The position numbers and the translations under genes were made by a program. A model generated the notes under the pieces. It did no database searches. It saw only the letters and a program-made list of their open reading frames with translations, and was not told the DNA's origin. This document shows, piece after piece, positions 1 to 9,572 of a stretch of 64,000 bases of DNA. The DNA is taken from IMG/VR virus record IMGVR_UViG_3300020394_000003, positions 32,001 through 96,000 of that record, one strand, 5' to 3'. How positions within the stretch are numbered: the first letter of the stretch is position 1; each line of letters starts with the position of its first letter. Origin of the DNA: a virus.

Positions 1-36
1 GTATAGATGTACAGTTTTGGAGTGATTCTGTAACTG

Positions 37-1389
37 ATGAAAAAGAAAAATTATATTCTCGATACAAGCGTTTATTTAACAAACGCAAGAGCAATTTACG
101 ACTTTGGAAGAAATGACATTATTATACCTTTAAAGGTATTAGAAGAAGTCGACAAACATAAAAAAAGACAAGACGGTGTTGGCTCACAAGCACGTCAATT
201 TATTCGAATCTTAGATGCACTGAGAGAAAAAGGTTCATTAAGTAAAGGCGTCCGAATTGATACTGGAAAAGGGCTAGTCAAAGTATATGATCGTGGCGCC
301 ACAGATGCCTCACTCTTGCCTCCTGACCTAGATCCTAGTGTACCTGACCACATCATCATCGCAACAGCCCTAACAGTAGCTGAACAAGATTCTAGTCGTA
401 AGAGTATTATGGTCTCGCGTGATATTAACATGCGTGTTATCTGCGATTCAATTGGATTAACAGCAGAAGACTACAATGCAGCAAAAGCTGTTGACGATTT
501 AGAAAAACTATATTCTGGATTTGATACTTACCTAGTCGATGATCAAACAATTGATAGGTTCTACTCAGGAGAAGATGTTTTTGTAGAAGAGGATGCACAA
601 GCTCCAGAAAACAAATTCCAACCTAATCAGTATTTATTGTTAGTTTCGAATGCTAACGATAAAAAGACCGCACTAGCAAGATTTATGAATCACAACACAG
701 CATTAAGAAAGGTTGTGCATGATAAACTGCCATCTTGGGGAATTCAATCTAGAAACAAAGAACAGGCATTTGCAATTGATCTTTTAATGGACCCGACGGT
801 AGAGGTTGTTTCTTTAATTGGAAAAGCCGGCTCTGGAAAAACTCTGTGCGCTATTGCTGCTGGAATGGAACAGACACTAGGAACCAGCCTTAAAGCAGGC
901 AAAAATAGTTTATATTCTAGAATGATTGTATCTAGACCAATTATGCCAATGGGTAGAGATATTGGTTTTCTTCCCGGCACAATGGAAGAAAAGATGCATC
1001 CATGGCTAATGCCAATTCAAGACAATCTTCAATTTCTCATGGGAAATGATAAGACCATGCTAGAGCAATACACTGAAAAGGGCTTGATTGAGATTGAAGC
1101 ACTAACTTATATTAGAGGGCGATCAATTTCTAATGCGTATATAATTATTGATGAGGCGCAGAACTTGACTGCGCATGAAATTAAAACAATTATTACTCGC
1201 GCCGGCGAGGGCACCAAGATCGTCTTAACAGGAGATATTGAACAGATTGATAATGCTTACACTGACGAAACGTCAAATGGCTTAGCCTATGCTATTGAAA
1301 AGTTTAAGTATTATGAAGTTTCGGGCCATATTACACTGCAAAAGGGAGAGCGCTCTAGAGTTGCCACGCTAGCTGCTAAGATTCTATAA
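37..1389 (+). CDS. phoH: PIN-domain/PhoH-family ATPase (PhoH2/YlaK-like)
   Basis: N-terminal PIN motifs (ILDTSV, LEEVD, PDHIII, VSRDINMR). C-terminal PhoH: GKAGSGKT Walker A, IGFLPG, YIRGRS, IIDEAQN, TGDIEQID. Confidence 0.93.
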   Translation: MKKKNYILDTSVYLTNARAIYDFGRNDIIIPLKVLEEVDKHKKRQDGVGSQARQFIRILDALREKGSLSKGVRIDTGKGLVKVYDRGATDASLLPPDLDPSVPDHIIIATALTVAEQDSSRKSIMVSRDINMRVICDSIGLTAEDYNAAKAVDDLEKLYSGFDTYLVDDQTIDRFYSGEDVFVEEDAQAPENKFQPNQYLLLVSNANDKKTALARFMNHNTALRKVVHDKLPSWGIQSRNKEQAFAIDLLMDPTVEVVSLIGKAGSGKTLCAIAAGMEQTLGTSLKAGKNSLYSRMIVSRPIMPMGRDIGFLPGTMEEKMHPWLMPIQDNLQFLMGNDKTMLEQYTEKGLIEIEALTYIRGRSISNAYIIIDEAQNLTAHEIKTIITRAGEGTKIVLTGDIEQIDNAYTDETSNGLAYAIEKFKYYEVSGHITLQKGERSRVATLAAKIL

Positions 1390-1404
1390 GGCAGGAATAG
1401 AACA

Positions 1405-1902
1405 TTGGAAATCAAAGTAGCTTTTTATAGAGGCAAAGGAAGTTGGAAAAATAGATTAATTCGATGGTGGACAAAAAGCCCATACAGTCACGCAGAACTG
1501 GTAATGCCAGATGATATTACATGGGTGAGTATTTCACCATTTCTCACCGCTACAGTTTCTGCACGCTCAAAATACGAAATAAAAAATTTAAACGATTGGG
1601 ACTTTATTAGTTTTCAGCTAAGCTGGAGAGAACCAGTCAGAGATTATCAAATTAAGCAACTCAATAATTTTATAGACGACACAAGTGGAGCTAAATACGA
1701 TTGGACAGGAATGATTTTATCACAAATATTTCCTTATCTAATAAAGCATAGAGATCGATGGTATTGTTCCGAATGGATTGCTCATGCACTTGTAAAAGCT
1801 AGAGTAGTAAGTTGGGAAAAGCTGCAGATTTACAGAACACCAAATTTGTCACCCGGCAAACTTTATGAAATATTGAAAGATTATAAACCAAATTATCAAT
1901 AA
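1405..1902 (+). CDS. Permuted papain-like NlpC/P60 (YaeF/YiiX-type) amidase/acyltransferase
   Basis: His precedes Cys: SPYSHAELV ... GAKYDWTG ... WYCSEWIAHAL. TTG start after an AGGA element. Confidence 0.72.
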   Translation: MEIKVAFYRGKGSWKNRLIRWWTKSPYSHAELVMPDDITWVSISPFLTATVSARSKYEIKNLNDWDFISFQLSWREPVRDYQIKQLNNFIDDTSGAKYDWTGMILSQIFPYLIKHRDRWYCSEWIAHALVKARVVSWEKLQIYRTPNLSPGKLYEILKDYKPNYQ

Positions 1903-1928
1903 CATTTAAATAAAAAGTAAATTTTTAA

Positions 1929-1956
1929 TTGACACTGGGTTATAATATGTTATACT
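1929..1956 (+). promoter_or_regulatory. Sigma70-type promoter
   Basis: TTGACA (1929-1934), 16-nt spacer, TGt-TATACT extended -10 (1948-1956), AT-rich upstream tract. AGGAG at 1962-1966 precedes ATG 1974. Confidence 0.7.
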
Positions 1957-1973
1957 TTAATAGGAGTAAAAAT

Positions 1974-2297
1974 ATGAATGATCAACCTGAAGCAAAGATT
2001 CAATCAATTTCTTTAGAAGAATATCATGCTCATCTAGAAAATGAAGAAGAGTGGGAATCAGGCCCGCTTAAAGACGTATTGTTGGAATATGTTGGCCAAT
2101 CAAAAGATAGTGAAGAGATTACAGTTGAGATGATTGTAGAAACTATGGCTGATGAGTTTCCTGAGTTTTTGATGGCTGTGGCCGAAGAAAATTGGATTCG
2201 TGGATATCGACAAGCTATTCATGACATTGATCAAGGCCAGCGAATGCTAGCTGAACAAGCTGCTGAATCTGGCGAAACAGCAGAAGCCGATGTCTGA
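1974..2297 (+). CDS. Acidic hypothetical protein
   Basis: The track start at 1929 (TTG) coincides with the -35 box. The in-frame ATG at 1974 follows AGGAG and is the more likely start. Confidence 0.7.
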   Translation: MNDQPEAKIQSISLEEYHAHLENEEEWESGPLKDVLLEYVGQSKDSEEITVEMIVETMADEFPEFLMAVAEENWIRGYRQAIHDIDQGQRMLAEQAAESGETAEADV

Positions 2298-3003
2298 TTT
2301 AGAAAAGCAAGATTTACGAGAGTATGTGAAAAGTTCAGCGGTGCTGTCAGAAAAAAATAGAAGAGAATATACACTGTATGGACATGTTTACGTATATATT
2401 CAAGATTTTTTACCTGAACATGTTGATATAGTAAAAGTGCTAGAAATGATCGAAAATACAATTCCTGCACACCTAGTGAACGAAGTAGATACGATCTTTG
2501 TTGGTGACTATCAAGAGCTTAACAACGGTTCGTTTACGGCAATGTATGACTCAGGAGCGATTTACGTTTCCAATGAACAGACAGACGAAAGCGATATGGT
2601 GGATGACATTATTCATGAGATTGCACACTCGCTGGAACATCCGTATGGTTGGTATATTTACTCAGACGAAATGCTAGAAAAGGAATTTCTACGAAAAAGA
2701 ATGCAAGCATTTGAAGTATTATATGGACATGAATACGTTGAAAAAAAGCATCGAAATATGTTTATGAACGTAGAATATGATAAAAAACTTGATGATTTCT
2801 TGCATAAAACTGTAGGATATGATAAGCTATTACATCTATTAATGGGAATTTTTATTACGCCATATGCAGCAACATCGTTAAGAGAGTACTTTGCTACAGG
2901 CTTAGAAGATTATTTTATTAATGATAGGGCATACCTAAAAAAAGTTTGCCCAATATTGTATACTAAGATTAATAAACTTACAAAAGGAGATTACGATGAG
3001 TAA
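2290..3003 (+). CDS. Zincin-like metallopeptidase
   Basis: IIHEIAHSLE (HExxH) plus downstream SLREYFATG, a candidate third Glu ligand. Confidence 0.65.
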   Translation: MSDLEKQDLREYVKSSAVLSEKNRREYTLYGHVYVYIQDFLPEHVDIVKVLEMIENTIPAHLVNEVDTIFVGDYQELNNGSFTAMYDSGAIYVSNEQTDESDMVDDIIHEIAHSLEHPYGWYIYSDEMLEKEFLRKRMQAFEVLYGHEYVEKKHRNMFMNVEYDKKLDDFLHKTVGYDKLLHLLMGIFITPYAATSLREYFATGLEDYFINDRAYLKKVCPILYTKINKLTKGDYDE

Positions 3004-3343
3004 TAACAAATATGATTTTGTTCAAGCAAGCGTTGAAGATAATAAAAACGGAACAGTAACAGTAACGGCAAAGGTGCCAGCGTGCAATCCTAGGAAAAAC
3101 ATTCCAATGATTCGTTATGATGCCGATGATGCATTTGCGTTTGCTCAAAAAGTGTTTGGTGAAAACTTAGGTGCGATGGTTGGCAGTAATACGGTCTTGG
3201 AAAATCGTCGATATCCCGATAGACTGCACGGAGAGTGGGTGTTTGAACTCAATAAGCCGTCCTCTACCACTACTAGTAAGCCGAAAACAGCCACTCGTCG
3301 TCGACGTACCCGACGAACTACTAAAAAAAGCACTGCACAGTAG
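2996..3343 (+). CDS. Hypothetical protein with Thr/Arg/Lys-rich C-terminal tail
   Basis: AAGGAG upstream; tail TTTSKPKTATRRRRTRRTTKK. Confidence 0.65.
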   Translation: MSNNKYDFVQASVEDNKNGTVTVTAKVPACNPRKNIPMIRYDADDAFAFAQKVFGENLGAMVGSNTVLENRRYPDRLHGEWVFELNKPSSTTTSKPKTATRRRRTRRTTKKSTAQ

Positions 3344-3351
3344 AGAATTAA

Positions 3352-4119
3352 ATGAAGCCTCACATTTCTTTTAGTGAACTTAAAGATTGGAACACTTGCC
3401 CCTTCTATCACAAGCTTAAGCATGTTGAAGGACTCAAGGGTTTCGTTGGAAACGAATATACAGCTTTCGGCACTGCAATTCATACTATTTGCGAAAACAA
3501 GCTGTTACAAAAACAGTCCGATGAACAGTTATTCCTGTCAGAATTTGAAAAACAAATTAAAATCCTAGAAGATGATAGTGTAGAACTAAGGTCCGAGTTG
3601 GTAAATACTCTTCGTGGACAAGCAGCTAAAATTATTCCCCTAATTCAGCCTGCACTAGAGAAATATTTTAACGAGGGATATGAGGTTTTAGAAACCGAAG
3701 AACAACTAATGGTTCAGATTCCTGAACAGGATAAAAAATTTAAAGGGTTTATTGATGCAGTTTTTAGAACGCCAGATGGTAAAATACATATCGTGGATTG
3801 GAAATCCTGTTCTTGGGGATGGGACGCTCGTAAGCGTTCTGATCCTATGGTTGTATATCAGCTTGTCCTCTACAAGCATTTTTACGCGCTAAAGCATAAT
3901 ATTGATCCAAAACAGATCGAGACACACTTTGCACTACTAAAAAGAACAGCAAAAAACAACAATGTAGAATTTTTTCGAGTTACATCTGGCCCCAAAAGAG
4001 TAGACAATGCACTAAAACTTTTGAAAAATGCATTGTATAATATTGCTAGTAAAAGATATATGAAAAATAAATTGTCATGCACAAGGTGTGATTTTCACAA
4101 AACACACCATTGTCCTTGA
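3352..4119 (+). CDS. Cas4/RecB-like PD-(D/E)xK exonuclease
   Basis: ISFSEL..W.TCP, GTAIH, GFIDAV, IVDWKS, QLVLY, and C-terminal CxxC..C (CTRCDFHKTHHC), consistent with a four-Cys Fe-S site. Confidence 0.85.
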   Translation: MKPHISFSELKDWNTCPFYHKLKHVEGLKGFVGNEYTAFGTAIHTICENKLLQKQSDEQLFLSEFEKQIKILEDDSVELRSELVNTLRGQAAKIIPLIQPALEKYFNEGYEVLETEEQLMVQIPEQDKKFKGFIDAVFRTPDGKIHIVDWKSCSWGWDARKRSDPMVVYQLVLYKHFYALKHNIDPKQIETHFALLKRTAKNNNVEFFRVTSGPKRVDNALKLLKNALYNIASKRYMKNKLSCTRCDFHKTHHCP

Positions 4120-4133
4120 CATTGGAGTAAAAA

Positions 4134-5411
4134 TTGAAATTAAAAACTGATAAAAAAACTATTGTAACACTGTCGGACCATCCACTAAGTCCCTCTGGAG
4201 TTGGCACGCAGACAAAATATGTAATGGAAGCATTGCTGCAAACAGGCAAATATAGGATCATATCTTTTGGCGGAGCTATTAAGCACTCTGATTATACTCC
4301 CAAGATGGTTGAGCCATACGGAGAAGATTGGATAATCCACCCAGTAGATGGATATGGAAATCAAGAAATGATTCGTTCTGTGTTAAGAACAGAGCGTCCT
4401 GATATTTTATGGTTTATGACAGATCCTAGATTTTGGCCATGGCTGTGGGAAATGGAAGATGAAATTAGATCGGTATGTCCAATGGTTTACTATCACGTCT
4501 GGGACAACTACCCTTACCCAGACTTTAATGCAAAATGGTATAACTCTACAGATGTAATTGCTTGTATCTCAAAGTTAACACATGACATTGTTCAAACGGT
4601 AGCACCAGATGTAGAATCTCATTATTTACCACACGCGGTACAATCTCAAATTTTTAAGCCACTTGACTCAAACGATGTTAAGGAATTTTCAAAGGCACTT
4701 TTAAATGATGGAGATAAGCTAGAGGATAAGGTAACTTTCTTTTGGAACAACAGGAACGCTCGTCGCAAACAGAGCGGTTCTTTGATTTATTGGTTTAACG
4801 ATTTTCTAGATAGGGTTGGTAGAGATAAGGCAAGATTGATTATGCACACTGAGCCAAGAGATCCGAATGGACAAGATTTAATTGCTATTCTAGAAAACTT
4901 AAATTTAACTAATGGAGAAATTTATCTTTCTACAAACAAGCTTCCTGCGGAATCTCTGGCGTTGATGTATAACATGGCAGATGTAACTGTGAACATCTCT
5001 GATGCCGAAGGGTTTGGACTAGCAACACTAGAATCATTATCTTGTGGCACGCCAATTATCGTGACAATGACTGGCGGTTTGCAAGAGCAAGTAACTGATG
5101 GCGAAAGCTGGTTTGGAATTGGCTTGGAACCGACTTCAAAATCAATCATTGGTTCACAACAGGTACCTTATATCTACGAAGATCGTCTTTCACAAGAACT
5201 AGTCGTCGGAGCACTAGAAGAAATGTTTAATAAAACCGCGGAAGAAAGATTGCAAATGGGCCTTGCAGGTCGAAATCATGTTTTGGTAAATTATGGCTTT
5301 GAATCTTTTTGTAAAAGCTGGGTTGAATTAATGGACAATGTAGTGGAAAATTATGGATCATGGAACGAGAGAAAGAATTACAAAAATTGGTATTTTGCGG
5401 AGGTAGCATAA
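4134..5411 (+). CDS. GT4-family (GT-B) glycosyltransferase
   Basis: SGVGTQ N-terminus; NRNARRK; SDAEGFGLATLESLSCGTP (E-x7-E motif). Confidence 0.9.
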   Translation: MKLKTDKKTIVTLSDHPLSPSGVGTQTKYVMEALLQTGKYRIISFGGAIKHSDYTPKMVEPYGEDWIIHPVDGYGNQEMIRSVLRTERPDILWFMTDPRFWPWLWEMEDEIRSVCPMVYYHVWDNYPYPDFNAKWYNSTDVIACISKLTHDIVQTVAPDVESHYLPHAVQSQIFKPLDSNDVKEFSKALLNDGDKLEDKVTFFWNNRNARRKQSGSLIYWFNDFLDRVGRDKARLIMHTEPRDPNGQDLIAILENLNLTNGEIYLSTNKLPAESLALMYNMADVTVNISDAEGFGLATLESLSCGTPIIVTMTGGLQEQVTDGESWFGIGLEPTSKSIIGSQQVPYIYEDRLSQELVVGALEEMFNKTAEERLQMGLAGRNHVLVNYGFESFCKSWVELMDNVVENYGSWNERKNYKNWYFAEVA

Positions 5412-6731
5412 ATGAGTACGCAAAAAAAGAAAGTTTTAATTAGAGGCCCACTACTCACCAGATCAGGATATGGCGAGCAAGCTAGATTCGCATATAGAGC
5501 ACTAAAATCTAGGCCTGATCTATTTGATGTATATTTGGCTCCAACCAATTGGGGGCAGACTGGATGGATTAGCGACGACAATGATGAGCGCAGAGAGATG
5601 GACAGTGTAATCAGAAACACTACAACCCATGCTCAACAGTGTCAGCAGCAAGGTGTCTTAGCATTTGATGCGTCTATTCAAGTAACCATTCCACAAGAAT
5701 GGCAAAGAATTACACCAAAAAATATTGGATATACAGCAGGCACAGAAACAACCCTTATTTCACACAAATGGGTTGAGTCATGTCAAAATGTAGACAGGAT
5801 TATTGCAGTATCTGAGCACACTAAAGCAGCATTTGAAAATACTGAGTACGAAGGCAGAGATTCGGCCGGAAATACAATCTCAGCTAGGTGTACTACGCCA
5901 ATTGATGTTGTAGGATTCCCAACCAAACAGTTAGAACCAGTCGAGCTAGACTTCAAGCCTGAAACAAAATTTAATTTCTTAGTGGTTGCTCAGTGGTCTG
6001 ACCGTAAGAATTTGCCCGAAACCCTTCAAGGTTTTATGCGAGAATTTAATGATAATGAAGATGTTGGTCTGATTATTAAAACTAGTCTAGCTAAGAACTC
6101 TTACGTGGATAGGATTTATACTGAGGCTAGGTTAAAGCAATATCTTAAAAACTATGATAAAGCACCTTGGAATGGAAAGCCTAGAAAATGCAAATTGTAT
6201 TTACTTCATGGAAATATGTCCGATGAAGAGATGGCTGGACTCTACAGGCACCCTAACGTTAATGCCTTTATCAATCTTGCCCATGGTGAGGGCTTCGGGC
6301 TTCCTATTTTTGAAGCTGCCCAAGCTGGACTACCAATTGTTGCACCCAACTGGGGGGGTATAAAGGATTATATGAATGCGTATGTCACAACTAAGAGAGG
6401 CGCCGGCAAGAAAGCTCGTAAATCGCATGGCCGCATGCGTTTTCTGGGACAAAAGGTAGACTTTAGTGTCAAACCAATTCAAAAAGAAGCAGTATGGGAT
6501 GGAGTGCTGATTCCTGAGTCTAGCTGGTGTTTCCCACATGAAAAAAGTTTTATGCGCGCCATGAGAAAAATTTACAAGTCATATGATTTGGCTCTAAGCG
6601 ATGCTAAAAAATTAAAAGCTCACGTCGAAAAAGAATTTTCAGAAGAGATTCAACAAAATAAATTTGTAGAGTCAGTCCTAGAGACACTTGAGGCGTCTTC
6701 TCCACAATCTACTTCGGTTATTACTTTATGA
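5412..6731 (+). CDS. GT4-family glycosyltransferase
   Basis: SGYGEQAR; WSDRKN; HGEGFGLPIFEAAQAGLP. Confidence 0.9.
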   Translation: MSTQKKKVLIRGPLLTRSGYGEQARFAYRALKSRPDLFDVYLAPTNWGQTGWISDDNDERREMDSVIRNTTTHAQQCQQQGVLAFDASIQVTIPQEWQRITPKNIGYTAGTETTLISHKWVESCQNVDRIIAVSEHTKAAFENTEYEGRDSAGNTISARCTTPIDVVGFPTKQLEPVELDFKPETKFNFLVVAQWSDRKNLPETLQGFMREFNDNEDVGLIIKTSLAKNSYVDRIYTEARLKQYLKNYDKAPWNGKPRKCKLYLLHGNMSDEEMAGLYRHPNVNAFINLAHGEGFGLPIFEAAQAGLPIVAPNWGGIKDYMNAYVTTKRGAGKKARKSHGRMRFLGQKVDFSVKPIQKEAVWDGVLIPESSWCFPHEKSFMRAMRKIYKSYDLALSDAKKLKAHVEKEFSEEIQQNKFVESVLETLEASSPQSTSVITL

Positions 6732-7987
6732 CAAAAAAGATATTATATCAAGGCCAGCTAGGTGATCCTAGCGGATACGCCGTTGCTGGTCGCGGCTATT
6801 TGCGTTCTATGTATGACTACATTCAAGAAAAAAAATTAGATATTGATTTAAAAGTACTTTCTATTAATGCGGATGAGCAGAGTGCTTTAACACAAGAAGA
6901 AGCTGAATTTCTCAATATGCTTTCTTTTGACAGCAACGAAGAGATAGATGCTTGGACTGAGGCCGAGGACTTTCATTACATATTCCATCATCCTCCTGTT
7001 TATGCTTGGAAAATAGACGCAACTAAGTTTTTTGCATCGAAATCAGCGACCACAACCTGTGTTACGGTGTGGGAGACAGATGCAATGCCACCGGTATGGA
7101 ATGATATCCTTAAAGCATTTGAAGTAGACAGAATCGTGGTCCCGTGCCAGTGGAACAAAGATTCTTTTGAAGCTAGTTTAGAGAAATTTGACAATTCGAT
7201 GCCTGTAAAAATGGTGCCTCATTTAATTAATGACGATTTTGTCGGCTCTGCGGAAATTGAACCACTACCTCAAGAGCTTTTGTCCCCTGACCACTTTAAC
7301 GTCTTAACAGTAGGGCAGTGGACCGACAGAAAAGCCCTGATGAATGTCGTCAAAGCATATCTAATGGAATTTAAAGATAACGAAGATTGCTCTTTAGTTG
7401 TTAAAACGTATGGAAATATTCAAGATTCTAGACCTGAGTATCAACAGCAGCAACAACAAATGATGGCTAATGAAATTACTCTTTTAAAAAGATCAATCTT
7501 GAACGACAGTCTATCCAAAACTCCTAGCTGCAAAATTCATCTTCTTTATGGCTTGTTTCCAAAAAGTCAAATGAATTATCTATACAGGGAGAGCGATCTG
7601 TTTGCGCTTTTTAGCCGCGCAGAAGGATTTGGTTTGCCAATTGCTGAATCTCTAGTCCACGAAACTCCTGTAATTGTACATGATAAGGGCGGACATGTAG
7701 GCTTTGTAGATCCTAAAAACAACTATATTGTAAACAGTTATCTAACGCCTGCCCACTGCAAAATCTTTCCATTTGTATATTCGTGTGACAGTAACTGGTT
7801 TGAGACAGACTATATTTCAGCAAGAAAGCAATTGCGATCCGCCTATAATGAATGGAAACACGAGCCTGAAGCATATGCCCAACGAGGCCCAAATGCAAAA
7901 GAATATATGCTTGAAGTAACTGGTGATAGTTTAAAAATTGGTAAAGAGCTAGTTGAATTTGTATTAAGTGAAGATGAAGAAGACTAG
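6728..7987 (+). CDS. GT4-family glycosyltransferase
   Basis: SGYAVAGR; VWETD; WTDRKA; RAEGFGLPIAESL. Confidence 0.88.
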   Translation: MTKKILYQGQLGDPSGYAVAGRGYLRSMYDYIQEKKLDIDLKVLSINADEQSALTQEEAEFLNMLSFDSNEEIDAWTEAEDFHYIFHHPPVYAWKIDATKFFASKSATTTCVTVWETDAMPPVWNDILKAFEVDRIVVPCQWNKDSFEASLEKFDNSMPVKMVPHLINDDFVGSAEIEPLPQELLSPDHFNVLTVGQWTDRKALMNVVKAYLMEFKDNEDCSLVVKTYGNIQDSRPEYQQQQQQMMANEITLLKRSILNDSLSKTPSCKIHLLYGLFPKSQMNYLYRESDLFALFSRAEGFGLPIAESLVHETPVIVHDKGGHVGFVDPKNNYIVNSYLTPAHCKIFPFVYSCDSNWFETDYISARKQLRSAYNEWKHEPEAYAQRGPNAKEYMLEVTGDSLKIGKELVEFVLSEDEED

Positions 7988-8744
7988 ACAATTAAAACGA
8001 GAGTTGAGGCGATTAAAGACGTATGATGAAAGAATCGCCTTTTTAAAAGATACATACGCAAATGAACGTTTGTTTATACTCGCATCTGGTCCGTCGTTAG
8101 GTCACGTCGACAAGCAAGAATTGAAGAAAAAAATGTCAAACTCTTTGACGTTTTCAGTTAAACAGGCATATTTGGAGTATGAGAAAGAGACTGATTTTCA
8201 CTTCATAAACGACTGTAACTTACCAATGATAAATGGATACGCGGGGTATCGTTACGGGGTCAAGTCTGGGCCCATAGTAATAGCCTCCAGTGGCTACACA
8301 GAATCCTATGCAAAAACAAGGTTTGCTCCCCAACAACAGTGGGATATATTTTGTAGAGTTTTGGATCCACTAGTATATCCAAAAAGTAACCTTGGGCGCC
8401 TCTGTGAAAATAATAATTTTGATGAAGGTCTTTTTGATAAAAGAGTTGATAGGCCTTGTGGTCCAAGTATCACCCTAGAAACCGTTATTTATATGGCAGT
8501 TCATGTAGGTATAAAAAATATATATGCAATTGGGTGGGATAGTGGCGACAAGGTAGGTGAGCATTTTTATAAATCCAAGACCCATTTAACAAGTAATCGA
8601 AATTTTGAATATGAAATGGTACAAAAAGGCTCAGGACCGTTGTATAATTGGTTGAGAGATAAAAATGTTAATTTGCACCTAGTAAGTAAGGTTAGTGCAC
8701 TTAGTGAAGAAATTCCAAGAATAGAGTTAAAGGATATAAAATGA
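7968..8744 (+). CDS. DUF115/Maf/GT42-like protein, putative nonulosonic acid transferase
   Basis: FILASGPSL ... YMAVHVGIKNIYAIGWD ... EHFY matches the Cst-II/Maf pattern; directly upstream of neuB. Confidence 0.65.
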   Translation: MKMKKTRQLKRELRRLKTYDERIAFLKDTYANERLFILASGPSLGHVDKQELKKKMSNSLTFSVKQAYLEYEKETDFHFINDCNLPMINGYAGYRYGVKSGPIVIASSGYTESYAKTRFAPQQQWDIFCRVLDPLVYPKSNLGRLCENNNFDEGLFDKRVDRPCGPSITLETVIYMAVHVGIKNIYAIGWDSGDKVGEHFYKSKTHLTSNRNFEYEMVQKGSGPLYNWLRDKNVNLHLVSKVSALSEEIPRIELKDIK

Positions 8745-9571
8745 AAAAAACATATATTATCGCAGAAATCGGGATTAACCATAATGGCTCACTAGCTGTG
8801 GCCAAAAAACTAATTGATATTGCAGCGGTAGCAGGATGTGATGCTGTTAAATTTCAAAAACGAAATCCAGATGTTTGCGTTCCAGAACACCAAAAACAAG
8901 TTATGCGTGAAACCCCATGGGGCACCATGACCTATCTTGAATACAAGTATCGTGTTGAATTTGGAAAAGAAGAATACGACGAAATCGATCAATATTGTCG
9001 TGATAAAGGTATTGCTTGGTCCGCATCACCATGGGATATGGATAGTCTAGAGTTCTTGAGCCAATATGATTTACCTTTTATTAAGATGCCATCTGCAATG
9101 ATTACAAATGAAGAGTTAATGAGAGGCTGCGCACGCACAGGAAAGAAAGTAATTTTTTCAGCAGGAATGTCTACACTTGAAGAGACTGATCAAGCAGTTG
9201 AATGGATGCGCGAAGAAGGAGCAGAGTTTGCACTATTGCACTGCAACTCAACTTACCCAGCCCCTATCGAAGACTTAAACTTACAGTGCATTAAGACTTT
9301 ACAAGATCGATATGAGTGTGAAGTTGGCTACAGTGGCCATGAGTTTCGTCTTGGAACAACAGTCGCTAGTGTGTATTTAGGTGCTACGATCCTTGAGCGT
9401 CACATCACATTAGACCGTACCATGTGGGGGTCTGACCACTTAGCATCTGTAGAGCCACAAGGTCTCATTAAGCTTGTAAAAGGTGTTAGAGAGCTTGAGA
9501 CTGCCTTCGGCGATGGTGTAAAGCGGGTCACAGAAGGTGAAATTAAAGTTAGAAAGAAGTTGAGAGGTTAA
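8741..9571 (+). CDS. neuB: NeuB-family nonulosonic acid synthase (short form, no C-terminal SAF domain)
   Basis: IIAEIGINHNGS, DAVKFQKR, LLHCNSTYP, VGYSGHE, LERHITLDR, GSDH; 276 aa. Confidence 0.95.
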   Translation: MKKTYIIAEIGINHNGSLAVAKKLIDIAAVAGCDAVKFQKRNPDVCVPEHQKQVMRETPWGTMTYLEYKYRVEFGKEEYDEIDQYCRDKGIAWSASPWDMDSLEFLSQYDLPFIKMPSAMITNEELMRGCARTGKKVIFSAGMSTLEETDQAVEWMREEGAEFALLHCNSTYPAPIEDLNLQCIKTLQDRYECEVGYSGHEFRLGTTVASVYLGATILERHITLDRTMWGSDHLASVEPQGLIKLVKGVRELETAFGDGVKRVTEGEIKVRKKLRG

Positions 9572-9572
9572 A

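Noticed and set aside
3352-4119. Cas4-like gene as evidence for a CRISPR system
   Set aside because: No repeat-spacer array or other cas genes are present, and solo Cas4-like nucleases are common in phages.
4116-4145. TTGACA upstream of the first GT4 as a promoter
   Set aside because: No acceptable -10 at 16-18 nt, and it would fall inside the coding start.
7439-7460. Poly-Gln run in the third GT4
   Set aside because: Short, mixed CAA/CAG codons and in frame; not a phase-variable tract.
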